Shown: positions 30,469 to 39,818 of the stretch, one piece after another | Layout: each line of letters begins with the position of its first letter | Numbering within the stretch: position 1 is the first letter of the stretch | Assembly: GCA_963704165.1 (NCBI GenBank) | Contig: CAVPHD010000004.1 | Span: forward strand, 384,001-448,000 | Direction: 5' to 3' | DNA length: 64,000 nt | Origin: an uncultured delta proteobacterium | GTDB lineage: Bacteria > Myxococcota_A > UBA9160 > SZUA-336 | Translations under genes and position numbers: made by a program | The notes under the pieces: generated by a model | Told to the model about the DNA's origin: nothing | The model's database searches: none | Seen by the model: only the letters and a program-made list of their open reading frames with translations

Positions 30469-31800
30469 TCAGCCGTCCAGGTCGCCGCTGCGCAGATCCT
30501 CGTCGACGCGGCGGTCGCGGCGTCGCAGGTACCAGAGCAGCGCCTGGCCTCCGAGCCAGCGCAGCGGCTCGGGTGGCCAGGGCCATTCGAAGCGCTCGAG
30601 CGCGCGTGCGAATTCCGGCGGCTCGCCGAGCGCCTCGTCGGCGAGCGCCGAGCCCATCATCGTGCAGGTCGGCACGCCGTGGCCGTTGCAGCCGCTGTAG
30701 TAGAGCGCGTTGCCGCCGCCGAGCGCGCCGTGGACGGGCAGGAAGTCCACGGTGAGCGCGATCCAGCCGCCCCAATAGCGCTCGATCGGTACACCGCCGA
30801 GGGTCGGGAAGCGCTCGCGGAACGCGCGCTCGATCAGCGCGAACGAATCCTCTTGATAGGCCGCGGGAAGGCGGCGGCCGAACGCAACGTTCACGTCCTT
30901 CGATCCGCCGACGACGCGGCCGTCCGCGGTGATGCGGTAGTTCTCGAGGATCTCGTGCGCGGTGTAGATCGCTTCGCCGCCGCGCCATCCGAGTGATTCG
31001 CGTTCGCTCGGCGTCAGCGGCCGCGTGACGAACTGGTGGACGCGCGCCGGGACCGTCTTGCCGCGCAGCAGGCCGAACGCGACGGGCGTGTAGGCGTTCG
31101 TGCAGAGCAAGACCTTCCGCGCGCGGAGCGTGCCGCCGGATGTCTCGATGCGCGGCTCGCCGCGAAGCTCGAGCGCCTGCACGGGCGTCTGTTCGAAGAC
31201 GCGCGCGCCCGACGCGAGCACCGCGCGCCGCAGGCCGAGCGCGTACTTGCCCGGGTGCATGTGACCGCCGCAGCCCTCGAGCACGCCGAAGCGGAAGGCC
31301 GGCGGCAGGCCGCGCTCCCCCATCGCGGCCTCGTCGAGGAAGCTCGTCTTCAGGCCGAGGTCGCGCGCGAGCTCGGCGCTCGCGCGCAGCGGCTCGCGGT
31401 GGCGCGGGTGCACGCCGGCGATCACGTTTCCGCTCTGCACGTACTCGCATTCGATGCCGCGCGCCGCGATCGTCTCTTCCCAGAATTCGACGGCGCGCTC
31501 GGCGAAGCGAATCAGTCGCGCGCCGCGCTCGCGTCCGGCCTGTCGGATCACGCTGACGATGTCCTTGCCGATCGTCGGCGTGACGTGACCCGCGTTGCGG
31601 CCGCTCGCGCCCGCGCCGCAGAACTCCGCCTCGACGAGCGCGACGTCGACCCCGCGCTCGGCGAGCCGCAACGCGGCGCACATGCCGGTGATCCCGCCGC
31701 CGACGACGGCGACGTCGCAGTGCAGATCCCCTTCGAGCTTCGCAGCGAGGGGCGCCGGAGGCTCGAGCCAGAAGCTGCCGTCGGTGAAGGGAAGCTGCAT
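30469..31800 (-). CDS. FAD-dependent oxidoreductase, DAO family (PuuB-like)
   Basis: VVGGGITG, GASGRNAG, HPGKYA, CTNAY, GCNGHGV. Confidence 0.9.
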   Translation of the reverse strand: MQLPFTDGSFWLEPPAPLAAKLEGDLHCDVAVVGGGITGMCAALRLAERGVDVALVEAEFCGAGASGRNAGHVTPTIGKDIVSVIRQAGRERGARLIRFAERAVEFWEETIAARGIECEYVQSGNVIAGVHPRHREPLRASAELARDLGLKTSFLDEAAMGERGLPPAFRFGVLEGCGGHMHPGKYALGLRRAVLASGARVFEQTPVQALELRGEPRIETSGGTLRARKVLLCTNAYTPVAFGLLRGKTVPARVHQFVTRPLTPSERESLGWRGGEAIYTAHEILENYRITADGRVVGGSKDVNVAFGRRLPAAYQEDSFALIERAFRERFPTLGGVPIERYWGGWIALTVDFLPVHGALGGGNALYYSGCNGHGVPTCTMMGSALADEALGEPPEFARALERFEWPWPPEPLRWLGGQALLWYLRRRDRRVDEDLRSGDLDG

Positions 31801-31812
31801 TCGCGTCGGCCC

Positions 31813-32628
31813 TCAGTGGATCGAGTAGATCGAGGCCAGGATGCGCTCGAAGAGCGCGGCGGGAAGGAGGCGCTTCGCGAACGTCCCGGCGCGCTGGTCG
31901 CGGCGCCCCGCCGCGTAGCGCACGCCGACGCGGCGCGCCGAAACGAGCTTCGCCACGAGATCGGCGACGCGCTGCGGGTCCGCGCCGTTGCGCTCGTCGC
32001 GCTCGTAGATCGAGACCACGCGCTCCAGACGCGCCGCGTGAGCGGGCGAGCGCGCCGCGCGCGCGAAGACGCGCGAAGCCGTGAAGCCCGTCTTGAAGTC
32101 GCCCGGCGTGATCGACGTCGCGTCGATGCCGCTCCCCGCGAGCTCGAGTCGAAGCGCCTCGCCGAGCCCTTCGAGCGCGAACTTGCTCGCGCTGTAGAAC
32201 GGCTGGTAGGGCAGGCCGACCAGGCCGCCGAGCGAGCCGATCGCGATCAGCCGCCCGCCCCGCTGCGCGCGCATCTGCGGAAGCACCGCGCGGATCATGC
32301 GCACGGCGCCGAAGAAGTTCGTCTCCATCTGCCAGCGGACCTCGTCGAGCTCGGTGTCCTCCACCGAGCCGCAGAGCCCGACGCCGGCGTTGTTGACCAG
32401 CACGTCGATGCGACGCTCGGCAGCGAGCAGCGCCTCGACGCAGCGGTGCACCGAGTCGTCGGAGGCGACGTCGAGCGCGAGCATGTGGACCGCCCCGTCG
32501 TCGCCCGCGGGCTTGCGGCTCGTGCCGTACACGCGGTGACCCCGCTCGGCCAGCGTGCGCGCGATGCAGCGCCCGAATCCCGACGACGCGCCGGTGACGA
32601 GCACGACCTTGGGTGTCTGCGGAACCAC
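31813..32628 (-). CDS. Short-chain dehydrogenase/reductase
   Basis: TGASSGFG, NNAG, YSASK. Start placed at GTG 32628 (uncertain). Confidence 0.9.
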   Translation of the reverse strand: MVPQTPKVVLVTGASSGFGRCIARTLAERGHRVYGTSRKPAGDDGAVHMLALDVASDDSVHRCVEALLAAERRIDVLVNNAGVGLCGSVEDTELDEVRWQMETNFFGAVRMIRAVLPQMRAQRGGRLIAIGSLGGLVGLPYQPFYSASKFALEGLGEALRLELAGSGIDATSITPGDFKTGFTASRVFARAARSPAHAARLERVVSIYERDERNGADPQRVADLVAKLVSARRVGVRYAAGRRDQRAGTFAKRLLPAALFERILASIYSIH

Positions 32629-32680
32629 GAGACACCTTGGCACCGACGCGCACGGTCGGGCAAGTGCCGGTGTCTCGTGG
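32625..32680. promoter_or_regulatory. Long hairpin covering the SDR start region
   Basis: ccacgagacacc (32625-32636) is the perfect reverse complement of ggtgtctcgtgg (32669-32680), with inner ggcac/gtgcc and cgac/gtcg stems. Confidence 0.45.
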
Positions 32681-33019
32681 GCGACGATTGCGAGGGCGAG
32701 ACACATCTTCGTTCCCTTGCCGCGCCGCCCTCGTGGTTCGCCCAGTCGATTCGTCGCACCTCGGCTGATTCCGACACGGCACGATGGGCGCAGGCTGCGC
32801 GGACAGGCGGGCCGAAGAGCAAAGGAGGATACGAAGTACAAGCGCGATTCTGCTCCGCAACTTCCGGTATGAGGCGTTCGGCGGCGGTCCTCGACGGTGG
32901 AGATGCGGGCGAATGAGGCGGCGATCCGACCTCCGAGGCGGATTCTCCCCCCGAGGACCCGAGTCCATCGGACACCTCGGCGTCGGGTTGTTAGCAATTG
33001 GGTCGGGACGGAGAGTGCG

Positions 33020-34159
33020 ATGAACTCGAAAACGCGACGACGCGGGTACCTCGCCGCCGCGCTGGCCGTAGTCGTATCGGCGGCGGCTGGCTTTGCCGCC
33101 TTTCGAATGGCCGTCTCGCAGCTCGAGCGGAAGGTCGCCGAGGTGCTCGGCCCGAGCAGCGAGATGTCAGCGCTCCGGGTCGGCTGGTCGGGCGTGGTGA
33201 TCGAGGGCCTTCACATCGCGGCTCCATCGGGCTGGCCCTCGCCCGACGCGCTGCGTGCGGAGCGCGTTCTGATCGTACCGACCCTGCGCAGCCTCGTGTC
33301 GGGCGATTTCTATCGGATCCGCCTGGTCACGGTGACGCGGCCGTACCTGTCCGCGCTGCGCAAGGATGGTGAGATATCCCTCGCCCTGCCGGGCCTGCGT
33401 GGCGAGGCGAGCGCGCCCGGCGGCGGCACGCTCGCGGTCTTCTACGAGATCACACTCGAGGACGGTGTGATCGAGATCTTCGACGCCACGGTCGCGACGC
33501 CACCGCTCCGCATTCGGCTGGAGCAGATCGAGGCCCGCTTGGAGGACGTGATCGTGCCGGGCCTGAGCGGTCGCAGCGCATTCACGCTCGACGGCGTCGT
33601 AAAGGGCGCCCCGCCGGACGGCATCGCGCACGTCGACGGCTGGGTCGAGATCGGCACCCAGGACTCGTCGATCACGACGCGTCTGCGCTCGGTCGATCTG
33701 GTTCCGCTCGCGCCCTACTTGATCAAGCCGGACGAGCCCCCGATGCGGGCGGGTCGCGCGGACCTGGACCTGCATTCCGAGGTCCGCGACGGGCGTTTGA
33801 GGGCTCCCGGCTCGCTCACCATCACCGGCCTCGAGCTCGAGCCGCCGGAGGGCGTATTCGGCACGTTCATGGGCCTCTCGCGGCGCGCGGCGATCGCAAG
33901 CTTGGAAGAGAAGGGAGAGCGAATCACCGTCGACTTCGCGATCGAAGGTGCGGTCACCAACCCCGAGTTCTCGTTGAACGAAGCACTGAGCACGCAGCTC
34001 ACCTACTCGCTCGCGAAGGCGCTTGGCCTGAGCATCGGTGGTCTGGTCGAGGGCGTGGGCATGATCGGGCTCGAGGGCGGCGAGGCCGCGGGCGACGCGG
34101 CGACGGGCATCGGCGGCTGGATCTGGGATCTGTTCGACAGCGAGCCCGAGAAGAAGTAG
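33020..34159 (+). CDS. DUF748 / AsmA-like domain protein
   Basis: N-terminal TM, ITLEDGVIEIFDATV, VDLVPLAPYL, IEGAVTNPEFSL. Confidence 0.75.
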   Translation: MNSKTRRRGYLAAALAVVVSAAAGFAAFRMAVSQLERKVAEVLGPSSEMSALRVGWSGVVIEGLHIAAPSGWPSPDALRAERVLIVPTLRSLVSGDFYRIRLVTVTRPYLSALRKDGEISLALPGLRGEASAPGGGTLAVFYEITLEDGVIEIFDATVATPPLRIRLEQIEARLEDVIVPGLSGRSAFTLDGVVKGAPPDGIAHVDGWVEIGTQDSSITTRLRSVDLVPLAPYLIKPDEPPMRAGRADLDLHSEVRDGRLRAPGSLTITGLELEPPEGVFGTFMGLSRRAAIASLEEKGERITVDFAIEGAVTNPEFSLNEALSTQLTYSLAKALGLSIGGLVEGVGMIGLEGGEAAGDAATGIGGWIWDLFDSEPEKK

Positions 34160-34208
34160 CTGCGCGACTCGCTTCCCATTCCCGCCTCGTTCCGTCAGGC
34201 TGTCGAGC

Positions 34209-34358
34209 ATGCTCGAATCAATTGCGGTCATCCTGATCGTGCTCTGGCTGCTGGGCCTGGTGTCCTCCTACACGATGGGAGGATTGATCCACATCCTGGT
34301 GGTGATTGCGGTCGTGGTCATTTTGGTCCGCGTCATTCAGGGCCGAAGGGTCCTGTAG
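34209..34358 (+). CDS. lmo0937-family small membrane protein (49 aa; absent from the ORF track)
   Basis: Hand translation: MLESIAVILIVLWLLGLVSSYTMGGLIHILVVIAVVVILVRVIQGRRVL*. Confidence 0.88.
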   Translation: MLESIAVILIVLWLLGLVSSYTMGGLIHILVVIAVVVILVRVIQGRRVL

Positions 34359-34435
34359 CCCGGGAAGAGCGCGCGGCCCGGCTCGGCGAACACGAGACGG
34401 CCACAGCGCGCCGCACGCACCGTGCCCCAGAGGCG

Positions 34436-34698
34436 GCGAGACGAGTGGCCGCTACCGAAGTCGTCGAGCCCGATCCGGACGCCCAACGCGCGCAGCTCGA
34501 CAAGGACTCGGAGCGCGTGTCAGGTCAGCGTGGCCTTCACGAGCTCCACGAAGCTCGGAGCCAGCTTGAGCTGCGAGGCGTTCACGGAGACGCGAATTCG
34601 GCTCGACGGCGGGCTCTTGCTCCATGCAGCGATCTGACCAACGGCGCTTCGAAGCACGCGTTCACCCATCGGAAGAACAATTCGCGTCTCCTCGGCGG
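34436..34698 (-). pseudogene. EAL phosphodiesterase domain remnant
   Basis: AEETRIVLPMGERVLRSA...VSVNAS, then in another frame ELRALGVRIGLDDFGSGHSS. Internal deletion, no start or end. Confidence 0.75.
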
Positions 34699-34797
34699 TA
34701 GTGTCTCGTGGGCCTGCGGGTGGGGCCGTGTCTCCGGGGGGATCTCCGCCCGGGGTGGGGTCCCGGGGTGTAGAGTTCCCGATCGACGGGAGTGGCG

Positions 34798-37452
34798 ATG
34801 TACATCCCGAGGCGCCTCGCGCTGGTCCTCTTGGCTCTTGCGATCGGTCGCCTCGCCCATGCAGACGTCTTCTCCTACGAAGCGGTGGGCAACGCCGGAC
34901 GCAACAACACGATCGACTCCAACGCCCTCTCGTGTGACACGGCCGAGGGTTGCTACACGAACCTCGGCGCACGCTGCTCGGACAACCCGAACCAGCTCTG
35001 CAACCTGCAGATCGTTCCCGCGGGACGCTGCACGTACGGCAGCCTGACCAGCGGTGTCGGTCCTTTCGGTACGAGCTGTGTGTTCCCGCACTGGGCGGGA
35101 CGCTGCGCTGTCAATCCGAAGGTCGGCTGCTCGAGCAACGCTCAGTGCGCCGATGTCGGTGGCGCCTGCGACCTGACGATCTCGGTCTTCGGCGAGCTCG
35201 CGTCCTCGTACGGCGGGCAGTGCAACTGCCAGGGCACCGACGCCGCGGCGCCGGATTTCGAGATCGCGATCTGCGGCGGGAGCCTCTCGGTCTGTTCCGA
35301 CGGAGATCCGATGCGCGACGTGGGAGGCCTGGGTGTCGCGCGCGGAATGGAGCTCAAGGTCGGCGGCGCCGGCGCGGAGACATTCGCAGGGCTCGGTCCA
35401 TCGCTCACCGGTTCCGGCACGCCGTCGAGCTCGCCCGCGTACCCGATCGAGAATCCGCCGATCAGCTTCGATCCCCAGCGGGACGCCGGCAGCGTCGCGC
35501 GTGCCCCTGCGCAGGGGATTGGACCGATCCGCCCGATTCGCACCACCGAGGCGCGGGAGGTGGTTCCGTACGTTCACCCCGCGATCGGAACCCCGGTCGA
35601 CGTGCGGAAGATGAAGTCGTTTGGCGACTCCTACTGGGAGGACTGGGCGTTCGTCTCGTCCGCGGTCTCGGGCACGTACAACACGCACGACGTCAGACTC
35701 CCGTGCGATCCGCCCGTCGGCTGGATCGTGGGCACTCCCGTTTCGGGGGGCCTGCACTGCCACGAGCTCGCGCGCGACGGACTGACGTTCCTCTGGGCCC
35801 GGGATCTGACCCCGGCGGAGATCGCGGCCTACACCGTCGGGGGGCAGCGGGTCTGTCCGCCGAACTGCAACAAGGACTTCGAGCTCTCGCCCCCGAGGTG
35901 CAGGAATCTCGTCGAGGCCGGTGCCATGGACCCGTACGCGGGTCTCCAGCTCGCGATCCAGAGCGGCGAGGAGGCCGCGGGGCGCCAGGCCGGCCTTCGA
36001 GACGCGATCGGCGTTTCGGTGTTCACCTGGACCACGTTCCTGGTCGACACCGATCTGCGTTGCAAGGTGGGCGGTTGGGGCAACGCGCCCGGCGTGGTCG
36101 GGCGTTGCAGCAATGGCTCGCGCGTCTGTGCACCCGGTAGCGCCGGCGACGCGGTCTGCGCGGCCGCGCCGAGCAACGGCAGCAGCTGCCGCACCTGCAT
36201 GGGTCCGTACGACTCGATCACGAACCCACTCGGCCTGCCGATCGGTTACGCCACGCACGGCCGACCCGAGCTCGATCTCGTCTCGGGCCAGCGCATCGGC
36301 GGGATCGCGGGCCAGAGCAGCCACATCCGCCTTCCGCTCATCGTCGTCGGCACCACCGGCAACGCGGCCGCGGACTTCCGAGATCTCGCCGACGAGGGCG
36401 CGCCGGCCGTCGATCTCGCTGACCTCGGCCCGGTCGACCCGAATGGAGCTCCGTTCGCGAGCGGTGTGGGTGCGGGCGGAACGTTCGCGAACGGCGTGGC
36501 GCTGAACATCGACGAGCCCTGCTGCCTCGGCGGCCTCCCGGTCCCCTGGGACGCCGCGGCGCTCGGCAGCGTGCTGCCCGGATTCGAGAACGGCTTCAGC
36601 TACCGGTACGGGCCGGGTGGCGGAGACGTGACGCAGAGCGACTGGGCACGCACGTACGACATCGGTCCCGGTCCGGACGGGATTCCGGGCTGCATCGGTG
36701 ACAACGCGCAGACGCTGAATGGATTCGAGGCGTGCACGTCTCGTCTCGGGAAGACGGCGGAGGGACCGAAGACCGATGGCTTCTACGCGACCGGCAAGGA
36801 CGATCGCGTGATTCGATACACCGTCGGATCGACACAGATCCCGGCGTCCGCGGCGAGATTCAACTGGCGAAGCGGTTCGCCCTGGCTGCTGGCGTACTTC
36901 GGATTCGAGCAGATCCCGCCCGTCGTGAACACCGTCTCGGCGTTCACCGTCCGTGACATCAGCTTCTTCGTTCCACGAAGTGCGGACCTGTTGGTGAAGA
37001 TGAACACGACCTGGTGTCCGCTCACGAGCGGATCCGCCGACTGCGGGTCGAGCGACGACAACTGCCTCTTGACGGGGGGTGATACGGACTTCGACGGTGT
37101 CTGCGACTCGGACGACAACTGCCCGTACGTCTCGAATCCCTCGCAGAGCGACGCGGGCGGCGTCGGGGCGGCGGGCGCCGACGGAATCGGCGACGTCTGT
37201 CAGTGCGGGGACGTGACGGGCGACGGCCGCGTGTTGGGCAGCGACGTGTTCGCGATCCGCACGGCGCTAGCGGCGGCCGGCGGGCCGATGGCCGCGCCCG
37301 AGCGGTGCAGCGTCACGGGTGCGATCGATGCGGGCGTGCTGCCCTCGGGCGCGCGGCGCGACTGCGATGTCGCGGACTTCGTACGGCTCGAGCGCGCCCT
37401 CGCGACGCTACCGCTCGGCGCGGCGCAGGTCTGCGAGAGCGCGGTGCCCTGA
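34798..37452 (+). CDS. Large Cys-rich secreted protein with C-terminal thrombospondin type-3-like and dockerin-like motifs
   Basis: Signal peptide (AHA/D), many Cys, DTDFDGVCDSDDNCPYVSNPSQSD, DGIGDVCQCGDVTGDG. Confidence 0.8.
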   Translation: MYIPRRLALVLLALAIGRLAHADVFSYEAVGNAGRNNTIDSNALSCDTAEGCYTNLGARCSDNPNQLCNLQIVPAGRCTYGSLTSGVGPFGTSCVFPHWAGRCAVNPKVGCSSNAQCADVGGACDLTISVFGELASSYGGQCNCQGTDAAAPDFEIAICGGSLSVCSDGDPMRDVGGLGVARGMELKVGGAGAETFAGLGPSLTGSGTPSSSPAYPIENPPISFDPQRDAGSVARAPAQGIGPIRPIRTTEAREVVPYVHPAIGTPVDVRKMKSFGDSYWEDWAFVSSAVSGTYNTHDVRLPCDPPVGWIVGTPVSGGLHCHELARDGLTFLWARDLTPAEIAAYTVGGQRVCPPNCNKDFELSPPRCRNLVEAGAMDPYAGLQLAIQSGEEAAGRQAGLRDAIGVSVFTWTTFLVDTDLRCKVGGWGNAPGVVGRCSNGSRVCAPGSAGDAVCAAAPSNGSSCRTCMGPYDSITNPLGLPIGYATHGRPELDLVSGQRIGGIAGQSSHIRLPLIVVGTTGNAAADFRDLADEGAPAVDLADLGPVDPNGAPFASGVGAGGTFANGVALNIDEPCCLGGLPVPWDAAALGSVLPGFENGFSYRYGPGGGDVTQSDWARTYDIGPGPDGIPGCIGDNAQTLNGFEACTSRLGKTAEGPKTDGFYATGKDDRVIRYTVGSTQIPASAARFNWRSGSPWLLAYFGFEQIPPVVNTVSAFTVRDISFFVPRSADLLVKMNTTWCPLTSGSADCGSSDDNCLLTGGDTDFDGVCDSDDNCPYVSNPSQSDAGGVGAAGADGIGDVCQCGDVTGDGRVLGSDVFAIRTALAAAGGPMAAPERCSVTGAIDAGVLPSGARRDCDVADFVRLERALATLPLGAAQVCESAVP

Positions 37453-37469
37453 GGGCGGCTGCGCGCACT

Positions 37470-37612
37470 CCCGACGCAACCGACGCGATCCTCGACGCCC
37501 GCGACCCGGCGCCGCGGACGCCGCGCTGCCCCGACACGCCGAGGCTCGACCGCACGCTCGCGGTCGTGACGGGCGCGACCGGCGGGATCGGCACCGAGAT
37601 CGCGCGCGGCTC
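37470..37612 (+). pseudogene. SDR N-terminal remnant
   Basis: LAVVTGATGGIGTEIARG Rossmann motif that ends abruptly. Confidence 0.6.
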
Positions 37613-37629
37613 CGCGCCGAGTTCGGCCG

Positions 37630-38941
37630 TGTGCCCGAGTGGCCTGCGCGAGTGCCCGAAGTCGACCTGTCTCCTTCCCGCGTTCGCCCAGAATTTGACC
37701 GACGGATTTCTGCGCACCCGGCTATCCAATGACCCGACGAAGGAAGACCGGGCTCGGACAACTTCCAATCACGAAATCGACACGAGCCCGCTCCGCGGCC
37801 GCGCAGAGGCACAAACGTTTCGCCGACGTCTGTGGTCGGGGAATCCGGGCGAGCGTGGTCGCCCACCCGCTACGACGCTGCGGGAACGGTGAAACCGGAC
37901 TCTCTTGACAGAAGCGGGCAGCCGATCGTCGATGAGCCGCTGGGCGTCGCCAACGCTTGGGCGAAGAGGGGAACGCTGTTCGCGGCGGGCGGCGACCGAG
38001 TGAACGCTGCTCCCGAGACCGCGATGACGAACACGCTGCTCCTGCGCGAGCACAATCGCACGACCGGCGTGATCGAAGCCAACCACCCCGGGTGGGACGG
38101 CGAGCAAGGCCTCTAGGGGACGCGCAACGTCCTGATCGTGATGTTCATCAAGATCGTGGTCGAGGAGTACATCAACCACATCAAGACGTTCGCATTCCGA
38201 CTCCGCGCTCTGCCCGAAGTCGAGTGGGCGGCGAACTGGAACCGGCCCAACTGGACGAAGACCGAGTTCACGCTTCTCTGCCGTTGGCACTCGCTGGTGC
38301 CGCAGACGATGCGCTGAGGCAACGAGCTGATCGACGAAGAGTATCTCTTGCTCGATAACTCCCGACTGCTGCGTGCCGGACTGGCGGAGGCGTTCGTCGG
38401 TCAGTCCGCGAACCACGCACCTGAGCTTGGTTTCGGCGATGCAGCGGATCTCATGCGCGATGCGGAGTTGGAGACGATTCGCCAAGCGCGATCCAATCGG
38501 CTCCAGGGCTACGCCGCCTATCGCCGGACGAAGGGGATGAAGGCTCCGAGCTTCCCCGAAGACCTCGTCGGACGCGGCACCGAACCGCTCGAGATTCAGC
38601 GGCGAGCGAATCACCCCAGAGGCCTCGAGGCCTGGTACCAGTCAGTCGAGAAGCTCGAGTGCTACACCGGCGTGTTTGCCGAGCCGCGCTCTGCCAATGG
38701 GCCGCTTCCGCCGCTGATTACGGCGACGGTCGCAATGGACGCATTCTCGCAAGCGCTCACCAACCCGCTCCTCTCGGAGCACGTCTGGGGCAACACCGCG
38801 AACCGACTCGAGACGTTCACGAGAGAAGGTCTTGATGCGATCGAGTCGACCGCGACACCGCGGGACATACTCGATCGCCGCTCGTCCGGTTCAGGGTCAC
38901 GGTCTGTCGGCATGACCCGACGCGACTGGAGGCGGGCGTAG
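37630..38941 (+). pseudogene. Heme peroxidase (peroxidase-cyclooxygenase family) pseudogene
   Basis: FAQNLTDGFLRT, NHEID, GGDRVN, LLREHNR, KIVVEEYINHI, EFTLLCRWHSLVP, AFSQALTNPLL. In-frame TAG 38114 and TGA 38315, a frameshift near 37830-37890, and no N-terminus. Confidence 0.85.
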
Positions 38942-39202
38942 GCGAACGGGACTCTGCAGTCAGCGCCCCGTTCGGTAGCTCCCGAGCTCCGAGCAGTCAC
39001 ACCGGAGCGCTCGCGGCCGTCGAGAAGCCGAACGTTCTCAGAGCGATTCGGGCTTCCGCCTCGCGTTGGTTCCGGGTACGCGACTCCAATGATCCGGAGA
39101 GTGACAAATCGCTGCATGGTCTCCGATGTTGGTAGACAAGGAGTCTCGCAGGCAGATACATTGGCTAAATCGGGGTGAGAGATTGGGCTGGGAGGCGATC
39201 GA

Positions 39203-39421
39203 ATGCCTTGGTTCGAGATTGCTCGCGAAGTGGTGTCCCCGATCAGGCTGAAGATCGACACGCACCTGCATCGGGAGAAACAGTGTGCTCTCGGCTACCA
39301 CGACGAATCGTGCGAAGAGCGTGGGATGGAGCTGAAATGCCAGCCGTTTCGAGTGCCAGATCCGGATAACCACGAGAACCTGATCGTCCTGTACTTCTGC
39401 ACGCACATCACCTGGAGCTAG
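39203..39421 (+). CDS. Hypothetical 72-aa Cys/His-containing protein
   Basis: GGAGG 7 nt before ATG, protein-like composition in a lower-GC patch. No family recognised. Confidence 0.45.
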   Translation: MPWFEIAREVVSPIRLKIDTHLHREKQCALGYHDESCEERGMELKCQPFRVPDPDNHENLIVLYFCTHITWS

Positions 39422-39550
39422 CCGCACAAGGCGGCTTCGCGACTCCCGCGAGCCTACGGACGGGTCCGACTTCCGCGAAGGCGCTCGCTCGCGCCGCGTA
39501 TGCTTTAAGAATCGGCGTCTCGCGCGCCGGATTCGACAACGGCCTGCGCG

Positions 39551-39735
39551 ATGGCTGATCTCGATCTCGCCGCTCGAGCGGACCGATTCCTACCTGGGTC
39601 GGATGGAGCGATTGAAGCCCGCGTCGATGCGCTCGGCGCCATGATCCGCTGCTCTGCGCCGTTCAACACCACCCACTTGCTGGCGCTCTCGCTGTCCTGC
39701 GGCTTCACGCGAGCGGGCCTCCCCGTCGGCCTGAA
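39551..39735 (+). pseudogene. Amidase C-terminal remnant
   Basis: CSAPFNTTHLLALSLSCGFTRAGLPVGL resembles the amidase-family TxPFNxxGxPAxSxPxG...GLPVGLQ motif. Confidence 0.55.
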
Positions 39736-39818
39736 GAGCTCCGTCGTCCGTTCGACGAAGCCACGGCCCCGCTTGCCGGCAACGCCTACGAGCAGGCGAC
39801 CGCGGACTCCGACCCGCG

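Noticed and set aside
38114..38317. In-frame TAG and TGA in the peroxidase as possible Pyl/Sec recoding
   Set aside because: Positions fit Gln and Trp codons mutated by single transitions, and the gene is also truncated, frameshifted and eroded.
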